DNA from: Mollicutes bacterium Phil14
Lineage (GTDB): Bacteria; Bacillota_I; Bacilli_A; ML615J-28; CAG-698
Assembly: GCA_001940985.1 (NCBI GenBank)
Contig: MSHB01000021.1
Span: 148,446 to 212,445, forward strand
Direction of reading: 5' to 3'
DNA: 64,000 bases
Under the pieces are notes generated by a model that searched no databases, was not told where the DNA came from, and was given only the letters and a program-made list of their open reading frames with translations. How positions within the stretch are numbered: the stretch's first letter is position 1; every line of letters starts with the position of its first letter. Both the position numbers and the translations under genes were made by a program. Shown in pieces: positions 59,767-64,000 of the stretch.

Positions 59767-60897
59767 ATGGCCAAAAGAGATTATTATGAAGTGCTAGGCG
59801 TTTCTAAAACTGCTACTCAAGATGAAATTAAAAAAGCTTATCGAGCTCTAGCAAAAAAATATCACCCTGATGTTAGTAAAGAAGAAAATGCTGACGAAAA
59901 GTTTAAAGAAGTTCAAGAAGCATACGAAGTATTAAGTGATCCCCAAAAGCGTGAACAATATAATCAATTTGGTCATGACGGACCAATGGGTGGTTCTGGC
60001 TTCGGTGGTGGTGGATTTAGCGGATTTGATTTTGGAGGCTTCGGTGGTGGATTTGAAGACATTTTGTCATCAGTTTTCGGTGGCTCTAGAAGATCATCAT
60101 CTGGTAGCTCTAGTATGCGCGGACGTGATTTGAAAATAGGTATCACACTTACTTTTGAAGAAGCGGTATTCGGTGTTGAAAAAGAAGTAATTATTAATCG
60201 TTATGAAACTTGTCCAAAATGTAGTGGTTTAGGTGCTGAGTCTAAGAGTGATATAGAAACATGTCCAAAGTGTCATGGTACTGGTAGAGTATCTGTTCAA
60301 CAGATGACAATTCTAGGTTCTATAACTACTGAAACTACATGTCCTAATTGTGGTGGTAAAGGTAAAACTATTAAAAATAAATGTAGTAATTGTGGCGGTG
60401 AAGGACGCGTTAAAAATCAAGCTAAGATCAAGATTAAGATCCCTGCTGGATGTGAAGATGGTCAAGGCTTCAGAATGAGTGGAAATGGTGATGCTGGATT
60501 AAATGGTGGAGCTAGTGGTGACTTGTACATTAATGTTACCGTTAAACCACATGAATTCTTCACTCGCGATGGATTAGATATTTATGTTAATATGCCAATC
60601 ACTTTCTCACAAGCAGCTCTTGGTGCTAGCATTGTTGTTCCAACAGTTTATGGTGATGTTTCATTAAAGATTCCTGCTGGAACTCAAAGTGGAACTAAAT
60701 TCAAATTAGCTGGTAAAGGAATAAAAGATGGTAGAAGTAGCGCAACTGGAAATCAATTTGTTATAGTTAAAGTTATAACTCCATCTAAACTTTCTCAAGA
60801 ACAAAAAGAATTGTTTACAAAACTTGCAAATACAGATGAGAAGAGTGAAAGTGCGTGGGATAAAATAAAGAAATTCTTTAAAGGACAAAGCAAATAA
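59767..60897 (+). CDS. dnaJ: molecular chaperone DnaJ
   Basis: J-domain HPD, G/F-rich region, four CxxCxGxG zinc repeats. Confidence 0.95.
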   Translation: MAKRDYYEVLGVSKTATQDEIKKAYRALAKKYHPDVSKEENADEKFKEVQEAYEVLSDPQKREQYNQFGHDGPMGGSGFGGGGFSGFDFGGFGGGFEDILSSVFGGSRRSSSGSSSMRGRDLKIGITLTFEEAVFGVEKEVIINRYETCPKCSGLGAESKSDIETCPKCHGTGRVSVQQMTILGSITTETTCPNCGGKGKTIKNKCSNCGGEGRVKNQAKIKIKIPAGCEDGQGFRMSGNGDAGLNGGASGDLYINVTVKPHEFFTRDGLDIYVNMPITFSQAALGASIVVPTVYGDVSLKIPAGTQSGTKFKLAGKGIKDGRSSATGNQFVIVKVITPSKLSQEQKELFTKLANTDEKSESAWDKIKKFFKGQSK

Positions 60898-60928
60898 AAA
60901 AATGGATTTGTTATTGCTTATTACTGAG

Positions 60929-60960
60929 CAATGCAAATCTTTTTATTTTGCATTTTAGAT
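60929..60960 (+). terminator. Terminator-like hairpin after dnaJ
   Basis: AATGCAAAtctttttaTTTGCATT + T-rich. Confidence 0.45.
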
Positions 60961-61027
60961 GAATTTTTTGTAATTATATGTTATAATTACTTGTATTTAA
61001 TATTATTTAATAGTAATGGTGATTTAT

Positions 61028-61795
61028 ATGCAAAGATATTTTCTAAACGATAATACAATTATAATAGATAATAAATTCAAAATTTCAGGAAATGATTTTC
61101 ATCATATTAAAAATGTTATGAGAATGAAACCGAATGATAAAGTATATTGTTGTATAGATTCTAAAACGTACTTATGTAAAATTAATTCTTTCTTTTCAGA
61201 TTATGTTGAATTATCTATTTTAGAAAAAATAGAAAAAAGTGTTGAATTGAAAGTTGATGTTACCATAGCCCAAGGATTAGTACGAAGAGAAAAAATGGAA
61301 GAAGTTATTAGACGAATTGTTGAACTTGGGGCTCATAAATATATACCGGTAATCATGGAACGCTCAATAATCAAAGTCAAAGATAGTGAAAAAAGCAATT
61401 CTAAACTAGAAAGACAAAAAACAATTATAAAGGAAGCGTGTGAACAGTCACATCGTGATAAATTAATGGAAATAAATGATATAATGAGTTTTAAAGAATT
61501 ATTAACTGAAAAATCAAAATATGATTTATGTTTATATGCTTATGAAGAAAGTGGTAGAGAAAATAATTATAATTTAATGAAATATCTAAAAACTATTTCT
61601 GGTGATGGAAAAAGTATATTAGTTATAGTTGGTCCTGAAGGCGGCTTTAGTGAAAAGGAAGTTTCTTTATTAGAAAGTAGTGGTTTTAAAGCAGTTGGTT
61701 TGGGTCCAAGAATATTAAGAACTGAAACCGCACCATTATACATAATGAGTGTTATTGCTTATCAAATAGAAATGGGTGAAAATAATGAAAGTTAG
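61028..61795 (+). CDS. rsmE: 16S rRNA (uracil1498-N3)-methyltransferase RsmE
   Basis: RsmE/DUF558 motifs; follows dnaJ as yqeU does in B. subtilis (prmA absent). Confidence 0.8.
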   Translation: MQRYFLNDNTIIIDNKFKISGNDFHHIKNVMRMKPNDKVYCCIDSKTYLCKINSFFSDYVELSILEKIEKSVELKVDVTIAQGLVRREKMEEVIRRIVELGAHKYIPVIMERSIIKVKDSEKSNSKLERQKTIIKEACEQSHRDKLMEINDIMSFKELLTEKSKYDLCLYAYEESGRENNYNLMKYLKTISGDGKSILVIVGPEGGFSEKEVSLLESSGFKAVGLGPRILRTETAPLYIMSVIAYQIEMGENNES

Positions 61796-63092
61796 TTATT
61801 GTGCATTGGGTTGTAAAGTTAATTTATATGAAGCCGAAGCTATTATAAATGAATTTATTGATAATGGATATGAACATGGTGAATTCGATGAAATTTGTGA
61901 TGTGTATATTATCAATACATGTACCGTTACTTCTACTAGTGATTCCAAAAGTAAAAAAATAGTTCGACAAGCTGTTAAAAGAAATCCTAATGCTGTAGTT
62001 GCGGTAATGGGATGTTCTAGTCAACTTTTATTTAATGATTATGCTAATATTCCTGGTGTTGATATTGTACTTGGAACTAGTAATAGACATAATCTTTTCA
62101 CTATGGTAGAAAAAATTTTAAAAGAAAAGAATAATGAAAAAATCTTGTCTCATACTGATTATAAATCAATAACAAATTATGAAGAGTTGAAAGTTGAAAG
62201 ATATAATAACAGAACAAGAGGATTTGTAAAAATTCAAGATGGTTGCGATAATTTCTGTAGTTATTGCACTATTCCATATTCACGTGGTCCTGTAAGAAGT
62301 CGTGATCCTCAAAACGTTATTGAAGAAATTCAACAATTAACAGATCAAGGAATGAAGGAAATAGTCTTAAGTGGTATTAATACTGGTGCTTATGGAAAAG
62401 ATTTGAATAATTTTACTTTTTCTCAAATGTTAGATAAAATCGTTAAAGAAGTCAAAGGCTTAGGCAGAATTAGGGTTTCTTCAATAGAAGCTACTGAGAT
62501 TAATGATTCTTTATTAAAAGTAATAAAAGAAAACAAAGAACATTTTTGTATGCATTTTCATATACCTCTTCAAGGTGGATGCAATAATACATTAGCAAGA
62601 ATGAATCGTAAATATGACATTGATTATTATCGAGAAAAGATTAATTCAATTAGAAAAATTTTTCCAGATGTTAATATTACTACTGATATTTTAGCTGGTT
62701 TTAGTGGTGAAACAAATGAAGATTTTTTAGATTCTTATCAGTTTATAAAAGAAATGAAATTTGGGGAAATGCATATCTTTCCATATTCTCCACGTCCTTT
62801 AACTAAGGCGTATAATTTCCCTGATAAGATTGATGAAATAACAAAAAAATATCGCGTTAATCAATTATTAACACTAAATAAAGAAATGGCATTAAATTAT
62901 CGTGAAAAATTTTTTAATGAAGTAGTTGATGTTTTGGTTGAGAGAAACAATAACGGTAAAGCTTTTGGACATACATCAAATTATTTAGAAGTAGAGTTTT
63001 ATGATAACAATGCCCAATCTAACGATATGGTAAAGGTGAAAATTGAAAGTATAGGTTATCCTATTTGTAAAGGAAGTGTTGTCAATGTTTAA
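61785..63092 (+). CDS. mtaB: tRNA t6A37 methylthiotransferase MtaB (YqeV), radical SAM/MiaB-like
   Basis: N-terminal MTTase Cys motif (LGCKVN), radical-SAM CxxxCxxC (CDNFCSYC), TRAM; start MKVSYCALGC after GGGTGA. Confidence 0.8.
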   Translation: MKVSYCALGCKVNLYEAEAIINEFIDNGYEHGEFDEICDVYIINTCTVTSTSDSKSKKIVRQAVKRNPNAVVAVMGCSSQLLFNDYANIPGVDIVLGTSNRHNLFTMVEKILKEKNNEKILSHTDYKSITNYEELKVERYNNRTRGFVKIQDGCDNFCSYCTIPYSRGPVRSRDPQNVIEEIQQLTDQGMKEIVLSGINTGAYGKDLNNFTFSQMLDKIVKEVKGLGRIRVSSIEATEINDSLLKVIKENKEHFCMHFHIPLQGGCNNTLARMNRKYDIDYYREKINSIRKIFPDVNITTDILAGFSGETNEDFLDSYQFIKEMKFGEMHIFPYSPRPLTKAYNFPDKIDEITKKYRVNQLLTLNKEMALNYREKFFNEVVDVLVERNNNGKAFGHTSNYLEVEFYDNNAQSNDMVKVKIESIGYPICKGSVVNV

Positions 63093-64000
63093 AGATTATA
63101 AATTTAAAGACTACATTAATAAAGGTCTTGAAAGTATAAAGTTTTTTGAAGAAACTGATATTCAAAAAATAGTTATACCAAAAGTTTTGAATGGTGAAAA
63201 CATAATTGGTAAAAGTTCTACAGGTAGTGGAAAGACACATGCTTTTATTTTACCAATGCTAGAAAAGCTTAATAACGAACATGAAGTACAATCAACAATA
63301 ATAGTGCCAACTAGAGAATTGGGCTTCCAAATATACGATGAGATAAATAAAATAACAAAATTTAGTGATGAACCTGTTGATACTAGACTATATGTTGGAG
63401 GAACAAATCGTGAAAACGAATTGTTACGTTTAGAAAAAAGTCAACCAATGATTGCTATTGGAACAATAGGAAAATTAAGAGATTTGGCTGTTGAAAGTAA
63501 TGCTCTAAAGATTTACACTTCAAAAATGGTTATTATCGATGAAGCTGATATGGTATTTGAAACTGCTGAATTTGAGGAGATAGATTATCTATTTGCTAGA
63601 TTTGAAAATCCGCAAATACTTGCCTTTTCAGCAACTATTTCTGAATCAATGATGCATTTCTTAGATAAATATTTGAGCAAAAGTGAAGTAGTTGACTTGG
63701 TTGGTAAGAAAAATTTGAAAGAAGAAATAGAACATATTTTTATACCGACTAAAAACAGAAATAAAGATAATTTATTATTTGAATTATTACAAACATTTCA
63801 TCCGTACTTAGCATTAATATTTGCAAATACTAAAACTAAAGTAGATGAAATTGCTGATTTTTTGGTAAGCAAAGGTTTAAAAGTAGCTAAAATAACTGGT
63901 GATTTAGAACCACGTGAAAGAAAGCAAATTTTAAAGAGAATTAAAGATGGACAATATCAATATGTTATAGCTAGTGATTTAGCTTCCCGTGGTCTTGATG
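63085..64000 (+). CDS. DEAD-box ATP-dependent RNA helicase (3' end outside window)
   Basis: Q-motif region, Walker A GSGKTH, DEAD (IIDEADMV), SAT and later motifs; open to the window edge. Not in the ORF track because it is unterminated. Confidence 0.8.
   Translation, partial: MFKDYKFKDYINKGLESIKFFEETDIQKIVIPKVLNGENIIGKSSTGSGKTHAFILPMLEKLNNEHEVQSTIIVPTRELGFQIYDEINKITKFSDEPVDTRLYVGGTNRENELLRLEKSQPMIAIGTIGKLRDLAVESNALKIYTSKMVIIDEADMVFETAEFEEIDYLFARFENPQILAFSATISESMMHFLDKYLSKSEVVDLVGKKNLKEEIEHIFIPTKNRNKDNLLFELLQTFHPYLALIFANTKTKVDEIADFLVSKGLKVAKITGDLEPRERKQILKRIKDGQYQYVIASDLASRGLD

Overview
The window is AT-rich (roughly 28-30% GC by eye) with tightly packed core genes, almost all on the + strand. 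Gene content points to an anaerobic, endospore-forming Firmicute. Supporting genes are pro-sigma-K, a SpoIVFB-type site-2 protease with a SpoIVFA-like partner, SpoVID-like and YsxE-like proteins, a SpoVD-like PBP, YlmC/YmxH, desulfoferrodoxin and NfnAB. Recognisable core genes follow.
- Translation, ribosome and RNA functions: partial mtnN, rpsO-pnp, engB, yceD-rpmF, valS (behind a T-box leader), greA, yqeG-yqeH, a yqeK-rsfS fusion, rsmE and mtaB, plus an RNase P RNA gene (rnpB) that the ORF track cannot see.
- Cell envelope and division: mraZ-rsmH, and murE-mraY-murD followed by nadD-nadE.
- Transport and metabolism: a BMP-family nucleoside ABC transporter, a ZIP zinc transporter, folC followed by a SPOR-domain protein, radC, a trmR-yrrN-yrrO-like tRNA ho5U/mo5U cluster, asnA and ROK glucokinase.
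- Stress response: hrcA-grpE-dnaK-dnaJ behind two CIRCE operators.
I see no canonical defence island, CRISPR array or tRNA gene. The stretches that look least like ordinary core genome are these.
1. A large secreted endonuclease-I locus (44.3-48.3 kb) split by an apparent frameshift, with internally duplicated modules.
2. Two XRE-HTH plus TPR-like (RNPP/Rgg-type) regulators. One has duplicated palindromic sites around its promoter and sits upstream of a consensus-promoter-driven secreted Cys-containing protein.
3. A 257-bp MITE-like element with 35-bp terminal inverted repeats in the leader of the PBP gene.
4. A standalone Hpt-domain ORF wedged between valS and folC.
5. A degraded gene remnant with a 67-bp-period direct repeat downstream of pnp.
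6. Lys/Glu-rich C-terminal tails on PNPase and L32.
All calls are from reading the sequence and from recalled family motifs; no database search was run.
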